A DNA stretch of 59,552 nt, the filler included, from Blastocystis sp. subtype 4 (Eukaryota): assembly GCF_000743755.1 (NCBI RefSeq). It is 2 parts of 2 records of this genome, joined end to end, with 100 filler letters (N's around TTAATTAATTAA, not from the genome) between each part and the next. Parts side by side here need not be neighbours in the genome. Positions count along the whole stretch, not along the records: positions 29,846 to 59,552 come from NW_014569424.1; 1 more part is not named here. One strand, given 5' to 3'. Position numbers and translations under genes: made by a program. Of this stretch, positions 39,409 through 52,706 are shown piece by piece. The notes under the pieces are model-generated. The model saw only the letters and a list, made by a program, of their open reading frames with translations. It searched no databases and was not told the origin of the DNA. Each line of letters opens with the position of its first letter. Position 1 is the first letter of the stretch.

Positions 39409-40782
39409 ATGAAAAAGAATGCAACGGAAACGAGAATAGTGAATATTCTCCTGTCAAAAAACGGAAAGATTCTGTGAAGCAGAATGCTTCCAGGCGAAAG
39501 AGAGATAACCTTGCACAAAGAGGATCTCCGCGCAGTATGGGAGATTAGGGATGTGATTGTGTGACGAATGATTCATGTTGTAGAAAAGTTCTGCAGAAAT
39601 CAAGATCTTTATAAGTGAACTATCTGAGGAAACAAAAAGAAAGAGTTCTATTGAGTTCTTACTAATCTTATGTCTCTGTGACTATATTTCTCCAGAAAGT
39701 GTAGGATCTATAGACTCTAGTAATTGTAAGCAAATTAATGTGGTTCAAGCTGTATTCCAGTACTACACTCAATCTAATTGCACCGATACTAATATATTTA
39801 AATGGCCTCTATCTATAATTCTAAGGAATCTTTGGAAGAAGGAAGGTAAGGTAAAGGAGAAATGTCTGGAACTCAAGAATAATTACTCAGAGGTACAGAC
39901 GAAGAGGAAACTGAACTCATAGATTACAGTTCCTTATAATCTGTTTCTGGATACGCTTCGTAGAGAAGCATATAGTAGAATTCAACTCTCTTTGTCAATA
40001 TAGAAACATCCCTAACACCTATATTTGTATTTTCTCCACCTTTCCTGGATGTCACCCATTCGTTTGAGAATGCATGTCGATTGTATACAGAAGGAGAAAT
40101 TTCATGGCGATCAAGATTTGCAGCAGATCTTCCTGAGTTTCATTTCTGTGATGAACTCTTTGATCCCTTACCTCCAAAACCTCTTGTTCCACTACCTGAA
40201 CCGTCCTTTGTATTTACAAGCATTCCTCCTTATCAGTCTGACCGAGAACGAATCCAATACTGTCTTATAGAAACCGAACGAGGTATCCCAAGTCAAGAAA
40301 TGAAAGATTGGATGTTATCCAAGTTTGAATTGATCCTTGAAATTGTGGAGGCAAACAAGGAGCATAACTCTGCCATTCCACTTATACTAGAAAATTGGTA
40401 TGAACTTGGCTCTTTCTTGTTCTCGCGTTTGCTACGATATCACTTTGACGTCTATTTTGACATGCTCGAATCCCTGAGTCTCACTTGGAATCGATTTTGT
40501 TGTTATATGTCATTGTTAGCGTCAAATGTCCTATCAGTTGAAGATGTTCTTCCTGGTATGATGACTCGATTGTTGATGATTGAGAATAAGGAGGATGCTG
40601 TTCGAATAGAGTGGTTTGGTGATTCATAGGACAAAATGACAGCGATATTTTTGCGGTTTATTCTCCAGTCGTCAGGTCCAAATCGATCAGACATTTCAAA
40701 ACAGTTGATGGCCTTTTGTAGACAGGTTAGTTATATTCAAGAAGCTGTAGTGGTGATGAACATGATAAAGTCATCGTGTTAA
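39409..40782 (+). CDS. CNOT11: CCR4-NOT subunit CNOT11-like; start uncertain
   Basis: EPSFVFTSIPP, ILENWYEL and YFDMLESLSL. C-terminal IFLRFILQ..QLMAFCRQVSYIQEAVVVMNMIK resembles [32 protein letters not shown]. Confidence 0.6.
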
Positions 40783-40819
40783 CGTTGTTTGGACAACAAA
40801 CACATCAAATCCCACCTGT

Positions 40820-41304
40820 TTAGAAATGAAGAGCAGAATAGGCAACTATCCACATTACCAAAAACAAGCATATTGCAGGCATTGCACCCTCTCCAGCAAC
40901 AGTGTACAGATCGAAGTCCTGGGTGTCAACACAAAGGAAACGGTTTGTATAGAACAGAGTCAAACCGAAAATAATAACAAGACCACTATAAATCAAGGAG
41001 ATCACAAAAGCGTTGATACCAGAAAACTCCGAAGACTCCTGTCAAAGGAATGATTCCCCAAATGCATCCAACAATACTACATTATCAAAAAGGCAATATT
41101 CTCAATACAAGGCCAGAAGCTGCTTCACGTAATAAACAAGATCAAGAAATTCTGGAAATGATTCCTAAAAACTCACAAAGGATGATAAGTCCGAACCTTG
41201 CTATATTCAGCATTCCTCTTCAAGGCCAACGTAAGGAGATCTACACTCTCCTCCTTGTTGTCAACAATCACATTTCTCCGGAATCTCAGTCCACTTTCGG
41301 CCAT
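40820..41304 (-). CDS. RAB5IF: RAB5IF/EMC6-family (Rab5ip) membrane protein
   Basis: EFLDLVYYVKQLLAL. C-terminal EGAMPAICLFLVMWIVAYSALHF resembles EGFMTSFALFMVIWIIFYTAIH. Confidence 0.7.
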
Positions 41305-41332
41305 GATAACGAATGAATGCAACAAACAATCC

Positions 41333-42588
41333 ATTTTCGATCCTTTGGTACACGAAATCCGTCCCCTTGTCTGGGATTTCCTCTCCTCTTACGATGTCTG
41401 CGTTGCTTTCGCACGACTTCGACCACTTCCTCATCTATATCGCCTGTAAGCATACAAGTGTAATCAATGCTGTCAACTGAATAGGTTCGAGGGAGACCAC
41501 TGCTCATCGCTTGATCAATCGACATTGTTCGCCCCTTCTCCACAAGTTCTGTATTGGCAATTTGAACAATCTACACCTCAATTTGTTATCATGTATGGAC
41601 TGCTAAAGAATGATCACCTGGAGTTGCAATTGGAGGTAACGAAAAATCAGACATATTCTAAGCATAAAGAGAGTACCAGACTCTGACATGAACGATAGAC
41701 AGAATCTCTTCAGGAGAATAGCGAATGAACACTCCAGTATATCCCACAGGACCCGACTGTGTAGGCACGAATGGAACATCCTCTTCGTCGTCATGATAAT
41801 CGTAGTAGTCATATCTATCTATCATGTGATGGCACTATACATACCCGATGTTCAGAGGATCTCCCCAACAAGCACCAAGTTGTGGAATTTCATCACTTGG
41901 AGATGAATCGTCCATCAGATCAGGAAGTTGGGATGAACTCGGCATCACGAATGGTTTTGCATTAACAGATAGTTTCCGAGTGGGAGTTTCAGTTCGAGGA
42001 GTTGTCATAACACTCTGAAGTCGCTTCATAAACACCTTCATATAGAACTCACTCTTCACTCGAGCCTTGATAGGCCGATTGAATAAAGACTGTCCTTGAA
42101 TTAATTCACAAGCACGAACTGCAGATTCCTCCGAATCCAAGGTGATAAACCAGGAATTCGCAACCTCTTTCTTGATACACTCAATCTCGAAACCAGGAAG
42201 AAGGGAACGAATAACTGATTCGGATGTATCCTCAGGAATATCTCGAAGGATGATGGTTTTTCGAGCGACAGGAAGAGAGATACGAACTCCAGTGTTGTCC
42301 GGAGCAATCGAAAGGGTGTTAATAGATTTGATAATTTCAATAATTGTCGATTCGTCAAGACCATAATCCTTGATCGACTTTTGTGAAGTCAAATATGATA
42401 CAGGCAAATATCCCTCATTATCCAGTTTTGCGACAAATGTAGGTGTGTCTGCCATGAATTCCAGTGTCATATACCGTTCGATCTACAATGTCATTACCGT
42501 TGTCCATTTTCACTTCTCTGCGTACACTTTCAACTCGACTATCTGTGGTAGTTTCAGATTCTGTTGTAATATGATTGGTGACACTCAT
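41333..42588 (-). CDS. LARP4: La-related protein 4-like (La motif + RRM + PAM2-like)
   Basis: FVAKLDNEGYLPVSYL (La), KTIILRDIPEDT..NSWFITLDSEESA..RPIKARVK (LARP4 RRM), and KLSVNAKPFVMP (PAM2). Confidence 0.8.
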
Positions 42589-42976
42589 TCTACAAAACAC
42601 GAATAATGTCAAAAAGAAACTTGTTCCTAGATTACACACACAAATACAAGGAAATTGGAAAAGAAAGAATTTCAGTGTTCGTCAATGGGATTTCAAGTGT
42701 CATATCCATATGTGTTTAAATACATTGAAAATGCAAAATCATATTTCTCAACGTCATTCCATAGTACTTTGGCAACAATCATGTTCCTCAACTTACGTTT
42801 CCCATCTTCTTTATGCTATGTTGTGAAAACCACACCAAAAAACCAAAGAAATCCAATCAGCACAAAAATTAGGAGAATATCTGTCAAACTCTTGATTCTT
42901 CAAAATGCTTCGTCGATCATCAATTTCAAATCACAGTAATCGTCAGGGATTGATGGAATCCACTGTAAGGTCTAAA

Positions 42977-45900
42977 ATGCAATCGAATCCGAAGTATTAC
43001 CGAGATGCAGGAGGATCGAAGTATGATTCTTATTGATCTTGTCTGTAATCGGTAGTAAATTGCAGGAATATGTGAAGCAATTGAAGAACACCCGTCTAGG
43101 AGTCATTCTCACATCGAAGATGATTTTGAAAACGGATGCAATTCCAACAGCTGAAGAGGTAACTGTAATTGATTTTTGATTGGATTAGGAGTAGAATGAA
43201 ATAGGATTCCTGGGTATTCCCAATATGAGACTCTTTGAGCCATGGAATGTTTATGTATGTGCTCAACCGAGCGAAAGCAGTGTTTGTAGTATGACAACGA
43301 TGCTTCGTTCGCAGGGTGATGAAGTCTTAGATGTGATTTGGGTGAATCTGCGTGAGGAACCGTCTGTATACATTAATGGTCAGCCTTTTGTACTTCGGAA
43401 GGAAGATGATCCCTATCACAATCTGTTTTCTACAGAAAGTGTCGTTACGAGGTATTCAGTTTTAGTATTGATTTGACTCAATAGAAATAAGGTTGAAAAC
43501 ATGGAGAAACGAATGAAGAAGGATTTGATGAATGAGTTGCGCATGGTTGAGAATGGAGGAAATATTGTTGTGAATGACGAAGTTGCAGTCCATCGAGTAA
43601 AATTGCTGGAAAAGATTAAGAGATAGATGATGGAGTGTGTGATGCATGTAGAGCCATCAACATTATTAACAACCCGTGAAATGTTCTATATGATGGGAAT
43701 TAAAGGATATTCGATCAAGTATTACCGAATTCCAGTGATCGAGAATCATCCTCCTTCAATTGTAGGCCTATGTATTTCTCGTGACCCGTAGGAGAGTTTA
43801 TCCGAAATCGTTGGTATTATGGTCACCAATAGCAACAGCAAGAGTATTGTGTTTTCAGATATGACAGGACGGAATAAGAGTATATTTTGTGCATATGTTG
43901 CTATTCTTGTTCGAGTAAGAGAGAGATGATCTGATGAATGAGTAGAAGTGGAAGCATTTACTTCAGGCTTTTTGGGATCGAAACAGTGATTGCACTCGTC
44001 GTTTAACTCCAATAGCAGATCAAGATGGGGTTCTGCTCAATGAAACTCCCTCAGCTTCAGAGAGTCCATTTCATATTGATAGTGATAACTTATCGGATAT
44101 TGATTTAAATATAAACGAGATTCCTACACCAAAGAAATCATGTATGTAATTATCATGTTAATCAATTATAGCTCTATTATACAATTTAGATGATCTTGAA
44201 GAAGTAGATTTATCCCAAGCCATCTTTCCTGAGTACAATACTCAATTAACCCAACATAGCCGTTCTCTTCCTCCAGAGAGTGATAATATTAATCTTGTTT
44301 ATGATTCTCTTCTTATTAATGGAAATTTTGCTGTAATTATGAATCTGATCAATTTGTATTCTTGTGGTCTTCGTATTAAGACTCTTGTAAACAGTATTAT
44401 ACAAGAACAAGCTGATTCATATAATCTTCTCAATCATATTGTTACTATTCGACACAATATTATGCTTGCTTCAAATCGACCTGAAAAACAAAATTGGGAA
44501 GAAATTGCAGTGAAACTCCTCCAAAAATACTATCTATTATTGTCAGTAGGAATTTATCTACATGAAACTCAAAATACGGAATATGAATCTTTTGAGCAGT
44601 GGTTCACTCGAACAGGTCCTGTTAAGTCCTTATATGATACTATCAATCTTCAACACATTGAGCAGTATCTGAGTGTGAGTATTGATGAGCAATTTTCGGC
44701 AGTATTTTCGGATAGTATTCGAGGAGCGGTTGGTTATCTCAATATTCATACTCTTCTTCTATTACAGCAAGTGTGTGATCAGGAAACACATATTATTGCT
44801 GAACGGATATTACTTTCCTCACCAACACGAATTCCAATATTTGGGACTATTTTTACCAAGTCATTAGTATACCTCCGATCGAATCATAATCGATAGGATT
44901 TTAGTCAAATCACCCAATCTTGGAAATCGCTTCCTGTCTCTCTTCCGAAGCATCTGTACATAATCAATCTCCATAGAAGTCCTTGTGTGTAGATAATTAG
45001 ACTCCCTTTGATATTCAGAATCATTAATCACTCACTCTTTGCTTTGCGAGATCGTGCATCTCCTCTAATGTACTATTGTCCATAGAATCCAATCCTTAGG
45101 ACATCTCCTTCATATGCATCATATTCAACAAGAGGAGAAGGATTAGAAAAGATAGAGATGTCCCTTGTGGAAGAAGTGAGAAAGTTTGATAATCAATACT
45201 TAGTACTGTTTGGATATAATGATCGAAACAAAATGATCGACAACTTTAAAATCTTGATTGAACAATCCAATATTAGTACAACTGAGTATTCTCTCATTAT
45301 TTCAATCATTCATTAGAAATGGATTGAAGGAAGCATTCTCATTATCAGAACCATCAGCCATTATTCACTATTCTCGATTAAGTAGCAATCATTATACCAT
45401 TCCTTCTCCTGCTTCTATTGATCTGTTGTTTCCTATTCATTCTCTCATTCATAGTTTCATTTCTCTTATCAAAAGTATGCCATCTTGTCATCATGCAGCA
45501 GTCTCACTCGTTCTCTTTGCTCATAATCTCAATGGCCTTCTCTATCACATTCCACTCTTTCATCTTCTCTTCACTCATCTCCGATGTGAGGATGATAGTT
45601 CAGATGATACTGGAATGGTGTTTGAAGATGATCGTCAAGAAGAATCAGATGAACACTTCACCTTCACTCGACTCATGTGTCTGAATGTCATCGTTGATTT
45701 ATGTCGACTTTTGTCCCGTGGTTATTCACACTTATATGCAGTCTATGGATTCCTACATGAATCCTTGAAACCACGTCTCGGTCTTTCCAAGGACCAAATT
45801 ACTTTCGATTCTGAGATTTCCACAAATCAGTCCGATTTTATTCCTATGACATATTGGGAGTATGTATGTCTTCAGTATGAATTGTATCAGAATCATGGTT

Positions 45901-47523
45901 TGGATAGTGATTCCTCCTTCTTATACCTTCGATATTTGCAGAGTCTTCAGAAGATTGTATATCTCATGATTATTGATGATTTCATTACAGTTGAAATAAT
46001 CTATGGATTGAATGATAGAGTACTCATGAAGAGAGTTTTGAAATCTGGTTAAGTCAACGACCTGAAATTACATCGATTCTGGAATCTCTCAATAACCCTG
46101 CAACTAAGGTGTTTACGACAAAATCAAACTACGGAGATGAATCTTTGACACCGTGTGTCGACACAGAGATGGTGATGAATGAACTGGAATCGGAATCGCA
46201 CGAAGTAACCAAAACACGACCTCAGGAAATGACTCCTTTCGTGTACCGACACATTAATGGATTAGTACTGAACCTCAATAGCATCATCAAAGATGATTAC
46301 TTCCCTGGATCTCGAAATACACATCTGGTAGGTGAATCGAAATAGTTCAACCAATAGGAACCGCAATTGGAAGGAGCTCCTAACTTTCGAGTCAGTCGAT
46401 TCACTAATCAAGTGTTTGGAGTTGGGATTCCAATGATTCATGGAATCGAAAATACTGTTGATTATGTCCAAACAACATTTGGAAAGACGAATATTGTAAG
46501 GATTTGTGGAATTGAGTGATTCGTAGACTTGGGTGAATTTACGTGAAGAACCGATTATTTTCATCAATGGCAAACCATTTTCTCTTCGGAATATGAATGA
46601 TATGATCAACAACTTGATTTACACGGGAATTGACTCGTAGTGGAAGGGAATGAGTATTATGAATTAGGAAACGTGTATTGGATATTGAACAGAAATTCAA
46701 ACAGGATATTATAAAGGAATCCTCGTTGAACCAGGGCATGATCATGATTAATGATGAGAAGAAGTTGGGTCAAGCGATGATGCATTTGGTCCCAGTAACT
46801 GCTGCTTCTGTAACAACATTAGAAGAAGTGTATCGAAAGATTAATCGGAATCGTGGAGGTGAACAAATCTCGTTATTCCGTGTTCCTATTACGGATGAAC
46901 AAGCTCCATTAGCAACCACAATCGATCAATTGATTGACATTGTGAATTCCAATTACAAAGACAACTTTGTGTTCAATTGTCAGATTGGTCGTGGTAGAAC
47001 AACTACAGGAATGGTGATTTGCTGTATGGCACTAGCATTTAAGCGAGGTGATTGGCACAGTAAAAATGCATTCCAGGAGGGAGACGATTCAAGTATTATC
47101 CAATCGATGGTTCGTATTCCTGATGATCGGAAGAAAAAGTTGTTGAATGGCTTTTATTCAGCAGTTTCGGAGTTGGTGAGGATGATGAAGAGTGGTACAA
47201 AGGCAAAACGAAAGCTTGATTTCATTATTGATCACAACAGTGACATGCAGAATATCCGTGAGGTTGTTTATCATTATCATGTAGTTGTTGGAAATGGGAA
47301 TGAAATGTAGTCGACAGCGCTGGCTTCGGAGACATCAGCCAAGAAAAAAGAGGAGTTACTGGATAGAGCATCTCACTTCCTTCATCGGTACTGTATGTTA
47401 CTTGTGTTAGCAGAGTATTTTGAGGAGCATCTGTCCGACGAGAAGAATCCACCTTTCTCAGATTGGATAACAGAGCACGAAGAATATCGTGATATCTTGA
47501 ATAATATCACTCTTGAAGACTAA
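42977..47523 (+). CDS. PALD1: Paladin-like multi-domain PTP/inositol-phosphatase family protein
   Basis: Repeated WVNLREEP.(V/I)(Y/F)ING.PF.LR, GAPNFR, RVPITDEQAP and FNCQIGRGRTTTGMVI. Confidence 0.85.
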
Positions 47524-47572
47524 TTCCTCTGCTGTTTGTCAAAACAAACAAACAACTTCAGAACGCTGTTCC

Positions 47573-47798
47573 TTAAATGTTCAGCTTGGTGCGTTTCCAA
47601 TGACGACGCTTCGCATTGTATCTACCAGTTAGAGGGGTTTAGAATGATGGTTACCGAATGGTGTTACCAGTACGAAGACGGAACCACTGAGGAAGAGGAC
47701 GGTTCTGTCTCATCTTCTTGGCGAGAATTCTCTTGGTGCGGAAAGTCTTCTGGGAAGGCTACAGACATAAGACTCCTAATAGAGAATGTTAGTACCAT
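47573..47798 (-). CDS. RPL39: 60S ribosomal protein L39 (eL39), 3 exons
   Basis: Spliced [51 protein letters not shown]. The first exon is the ATG alone. Not in the ORF track. Confidence 0.95.
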
Positions 47799-47971
47799 TG
47801 CAACTCTTCGCTGAACAAATCCTGACGAGAACAGCCATTCACTAGAATGCAATCAATTCCCGTGGGTATCGCATCTTCTTAGTATTCATTTCATTGTTAT
47901 TGGATCTTTCGTTGAGTGTGCCTCCTTCGAACTAGTCGAATAGTGATGCAGAGTAGGATATTCAACTTAGT

Positions 47972-49834
47972 TATGGGAATTGTGTTCACTTATCCTTGTT
48001 TAGAATCTGGATCTAAATGGATTCCATCCCCAGATCATGCAGTATCGATGATTCACTCCGAAGATGATATTCTTCGGTACATGCAATCCTTTTCGAACCA
48101 TTTCTTATCCAAAATGAATGTATGCATAAGAATTCTTTTTCATTGGTAGATACTTGTAGAACAATTAACGGCTTTGGATTCCGTAATCGAGAGTTGTGAA
48201 TCGGATATTCAGAGAGCAAATAATAATATTCGGATATTAGGACAAAAGCAAACGGTACTTCATCATATTCAATCGGATAGTCTATCTAATGTTATTGTTT
48301 AATTGGATAGATACAGATATTCCAGTGAAAGGAATGGAAAGTCGTATTGCCCTTCTCCCTTCTGATATGCGAAGTTTTGATTCCATTCCAATGGATTCTG
48401 ATAACGATATTATTCGAGCAGCATCTCATGTATGATCGATTCTTTTGGACCACATTTAGATAACCATCCATCCAGCAGAAGAACAATCTTTGCTTCGTTC
48501 CAGTCGCTATCGATCAACTAATGAGCCTCAACCCTCTGAGCTAAATCCTTCTACTACAGTCCAAAGTAAACGTCCTCCTTCTCTTGACATTCCTCAAAAT
48601 CGGTCAGATTCTCGTCCCTCAGATATGGTTCAGAGCAAACGACCTCCTCCACTTCCCAGTGCAGCTACCCTACCTCGGAATGCAATGGCTTCTCTGATGA
48701 GTGAGGTGAGAGCAAGTGGTGGTCGAGTGAGTGGAGAGAAGCCTGCTGTGAGGAAATCAGTTCCTCCTCCACTACCTGTGAGTGCCCTACCAGGAACAAT
48801 CAATCAGCAAGAGAAGAAGAAGGAAGAGGTGGAGAGGGAGGAGAGAGAAGAGGGGAGGAAACGCCAAGAAGAAGAAGAGAGGAAACACCGAGAAGAAGAG
48901 AGGAGACAATGTGAAGAGGAGGAACGGAGACAACGCGAGGAGGCTGAGAGAATCCAACAAGAGATAGAGAGGAGACAGAGAGAGGAAGAGGTGAAGAAGC
49001 AGCGTGAAGAGATGGAGAGGCAGAGGAAAGAGGCAGAGGAGAGGAGACAACGTGAGGAAGCTAAGAGACGACAGGAAGAGATGGAGAGGAAACAGCGTGA
49101 AGAAGAGGCTGAGAGACAAAGACAAGAAGCTGAAAGACAACGACTGGAAGCACAGAAACAACGAGAAGAAGCAGAACGAGAACGAATGCGATCATTACTG
49201 AAGCAAGAAGAAGAAGAGAGACAGCAGAAGCTTCGCGAATCCCAATACAGACGAGAAGAAGAAGAGAGGAAACGTTCAGAAGAGCTGGAAACTCGACGCC
49301 AGTCGCTTCAACCATCTCCTTCAACTGCGATCAAGCCCATTACTACTCCTCACCCAATACCCATTCCACGTACGATACCTCCTCCACCACCTGAAACAGC
49401 TCCTCCTCCTCCAGATGGGATAAAGATTTCTCGGAGACATACGAATCGTCCTGGTTCACCGTCATCTCCACCACGCAGCTCCATTAACAAGAAGCCCCCT
49501 CCACCTCCCATTGCAGTGACTCGTGCTGTTCCTTCTCCACCTCCAGTACCTCCTCCTTCTGTACGCAACAAAGGACGAGCACCTCCACCTCCTCCATGCC
49601 CACCTGGAACCAAAGCTTCCACTCGACCTGCTCCACTTTCAATGCCTGAACTATCACCTACACCTTCTCCGATGGTACAAAGACCTTCAGAAGGAAGCAC
49701 AGAACTGCGATTCAGTTTTAAGAGTGAAGGCAGAATGAGTGAAGGGAAGACTAAGAAACTCTTCGGAATCAGTGAGAATAAACAACAAGACTTAAACGAG
49801 AAACGACGTGATTTAGCAAGGAGTATGTTGGATT
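47972..49834 (+). CDS. Proline-rich protein with long E/R/Q charged helix (possible cytoskeletal adaptor); start uncertain
   Basis: 452-aa exon ORF with EEERRQREE repeats, poly-Pro tracts and a weak WH2-like segment RNAMASLMSEVRA. Confidence 0.6.
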
Positions 49835-49838
49835 CAAG

Positions 49839-49855
49839 TGTTTGTTGAACAAACA
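49839..49855. terminator. Bidirectional GU-rich polyadenylation element TGTTTGTT-G-AACAAACA
   Basis: Perfect 8-bp inverted repeat with a 1-nt spacer. Each half lies 4 nt after an in-frame T of a convergent gene. Confidence 0.8.
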
Positions 49856-49859
49856 AGAG

Positions 49860-50652
49860 AAATATCCAAGATTACATAAATATGTGTAATGTTCTCACGT
49901 ACGTGAACTTGCATATTACTGTAGGTGATAGCTTTGATCTCAGTTCCTTGGACATGCTTCGATGGATCATAGCATTCTCCAAATCTACAAGAATGAATAC
50001 TCCTCAAAGTTCTAAACCCTAAAAGTCGAGCAGATGAAAAGTCCTGTCCATCTAGTTCTGTCACCAGACGGACATCACGAATGAGCATATCAAGAGTATT
50101 ATTTGAGCACAGAAACTCGTTTAAAATGTTATATAGAAGAGATAGACAGTCATGTCCATGGGCTTTTACTACAATGGGTGTCACTTCCAGATCAATATCA
50201 ACAGCCTTCAGATCTGTGATGTAACTATGATCAATCTTCACACATCAATAGCATACCCAAACATACCTAAGACACATTGCTCAACAGCTTCTCCTAAAGA
50301 CGATCCCCCTATTCATTATCTGCATACAATAGTACGTACAAGCATGGACTTGAATATCAGCCGTATTGTCAAGAAACTCAAATTGCAATTCACGTTCAGC
50401 AGAGTAAGTTATGCCATCAGGAATAGTTACATGCGCAAATCTATATGTGAAATACACGAATAAGCTAAACTCTTCCACATAAGGACTGAAAGGATCATCA
50501 ACAACTTCAGCTACAGTTGACTCCATTTCCTTCTTTTCGTCATCTTCCAAAGGAATATTCAGATTCTTGTTTAAGCGACGACGATCCCGTCCTTTCTTCC
50601 TCGGGGGAAGGGCTTGAATTCCCAAATACTCATAGTTCTTTTCCTCACTCAT
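49860..50652 (-). CDS. ZBTB8OS: Archease (RtcB tRNA-ligase activator) with N-terminal extension
   Basis: FEFLDNTADIQVHA, GHDCLSLLYNILNEFL, GECYDPSKHVQGTEIKAITYSNMQV, HIYVILDI. Confidence 0.9.
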
Positions 50653-50707
50653 AATTCAATAAAAAAGAATCTGAAGTTAGTTAAAGTGTATTGTTAGGAA
50701 ACAACAA

Positions 50708-52489
50708 TTAGACTGTAACTACATCGGAGATTTCAATATCTCCATAACTCTTTTGTTGGTTCAACATTACTTGATTCTCTGTTCCCAACACTATAGTTAA
50801 CAACGATATCAAATACTACCTAGCAAATGATAGAAGGATTTGCACGTAAATCCTCGACCTTTTTCCTTTGTGAATGCATCAAAGCTCACAGAATGTTCTT
50901 TGAGTCCTGCATCTTCTAGCATGCTTCAAATTAGTATAATCCAATTCTACTACCTGAGAAGTCGGATTGTCACTTGATGTGATGGTGTTGAAGAAGCAGA
51001 GGAAATACTTGACAAAGATATCTCTATCTGTGATATGAACAGTGAAATAGCTACTTCCCATTAATCCTAAGGTAGCATCATCAACCACAGTAACTGAAGT
51101 ATCGACTACAGGCATAGTGTCCATTGGCGGGTACCTATCCTTGATCAGCTCCCTTCATATCTACATGTCCCCTCCAGAAGGAGGTTCTACATCCATTGTA
51201 GGCATATCATCACTAGGAGATCACTCATTCATTCAACCTACCCTCCTAGCATTGTCAATGCAGCTTCACTTCCTGTTCCTCGACGTCGATCCACTGATGA
51301 AGTGCCACTCTGCTTTAGTCTCTCCTAATGTTCCTACCATGCTCTGACGATCCATCAAACTACGCTCAATATTCACACAGAACTGAAGGAAGTCTTGAAT
51401 ATCATCTTGATACTCCGGACGAATGGCTTCTGCCCAATGCTCCTGTGTTTCGTCCATTGGTAGAGGAGGACGCTTGGTTACGTAGAGAGTGAGATCAGTA
51501 CACTGACGCTTCCACAGCTCATTGCTGAGTTCAATGCGAAGATCTGGACGCACAGAACTAGGACGCTTGCGTGAGGGAAGTTTGGGAGGTGTAAGAGTGA
51601 TTCGGTTCACATCGCTTGGTTCCGGACCAAAGTCAGTGGGATCAGGAACAATGTCCATAACCTCGGGACCAAAGTCAATATCTTGAGGTTCTCCCTGTTG
51701 GGTTTGGAGTTGTTCAAGACGACTAAAAATGAAAGAAGATCTGAATCCAAACCTCTGAAGGTCTGTATCAAGATGGTGGAGTGTATTGTCTCCATTACTC
51801 TTCAAATCAAACAATTCGAACAAAAATCACTGGTATTTCTGACATTGGGGTTGCCATGCCCAATAAAGTACCTTCCAATCCTTCATCACCGATCACCAAC
51901 TGACCATCCTCCAGATTGAGACTATCTAGCAAAGGATCCAGACCGATCTGAGAAGCAGTGACATTCAGATCCATTAGAGACAAAGGAAGAGTAATATTAT
52001 CGAGAGTTAGATCAATCTTTTCTTGACTAGAATGAAAGAAACGAAAAATGTCTACCGAATGAGTGAGGTATCTTCATTGAGATTCACTGCTTGAGGATGA
52101 GATTGAAACCGAACACTTCCAAATACTTCATTTGTATCTGAGAGTAGATAACGACACTGTCTCTAGAATGAATGAAAGAATTGAAGAAGACATTGTGAAT
52201 GCGAGTGATTCCCAAGAGAAGAATGGCCGAGAGACGGAGAGCCAGAGGGCCACATTTGGGTTCAATTACATTCAAACTAGATGAAAAAGATAGAAAAGAA
52301 GATACCACATCTCATGGATGTTGGAGGCAATCACTTGTTTCTTGGAGAGTTTGTTCTTAGTTGTTCCTTCTGTCCTTTAGTTTATCCGATTTTCAATCCA
52401 TATACCAAATAGGCGCCAAGAATCCCTACAATTAAGACCCAAGAAAGGAGAAATACCTTCTTCGTCAAAACATATACAGAATAGAACAT
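50708..52489 (-). CDS. Cohesin kleisin RAD21/REC8 family
   Basis: MFYSVYVLTKKG, PLALRLSAILLLGITRIH..QMKYL. C-terminal winged-helix-like SFYHLL..LNQQKSYGDIEI. Confidence 0.85.
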
Positions 52490-52698
52490 GTTTAATAAAG
52501 AAATATGTAGAGAAATAGGTATTTGGAGTGAACGAAGAATCCCGCCTTTCTTTAAGTTTTTGCTCCAACTGTTTTCTTTGCAGGAGTATAGTTAATAGTA
52601 GAAGGCGAAGAGAAGAAGCGAACTGCAATAACAAGTCACTAATTTCATGCATCCGAACTGTCACAGATGCTGAATCTCAAGAGAAAGGGTTTGAGTTG

Positions 52699-52706
52699 GC
52701 GGGAAA
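52699..52706 (-). promoter_or_regulatory. E2F-like site TTTCCCGC upstream of RAD21/REC8
   Basis: Plus-strand TTGGCGGGAAAA matches the TTTSSCGC consensus, in the divergent RAD21/RRP4 intergenic region. Confidence 0.4.

Noticed and set aside
48787..49856. Minus-strand Leu/Phe-rich and Gly-rich ORFs
   Set aside because: Antisense of the E/R-rich and poly-Pro coding region.
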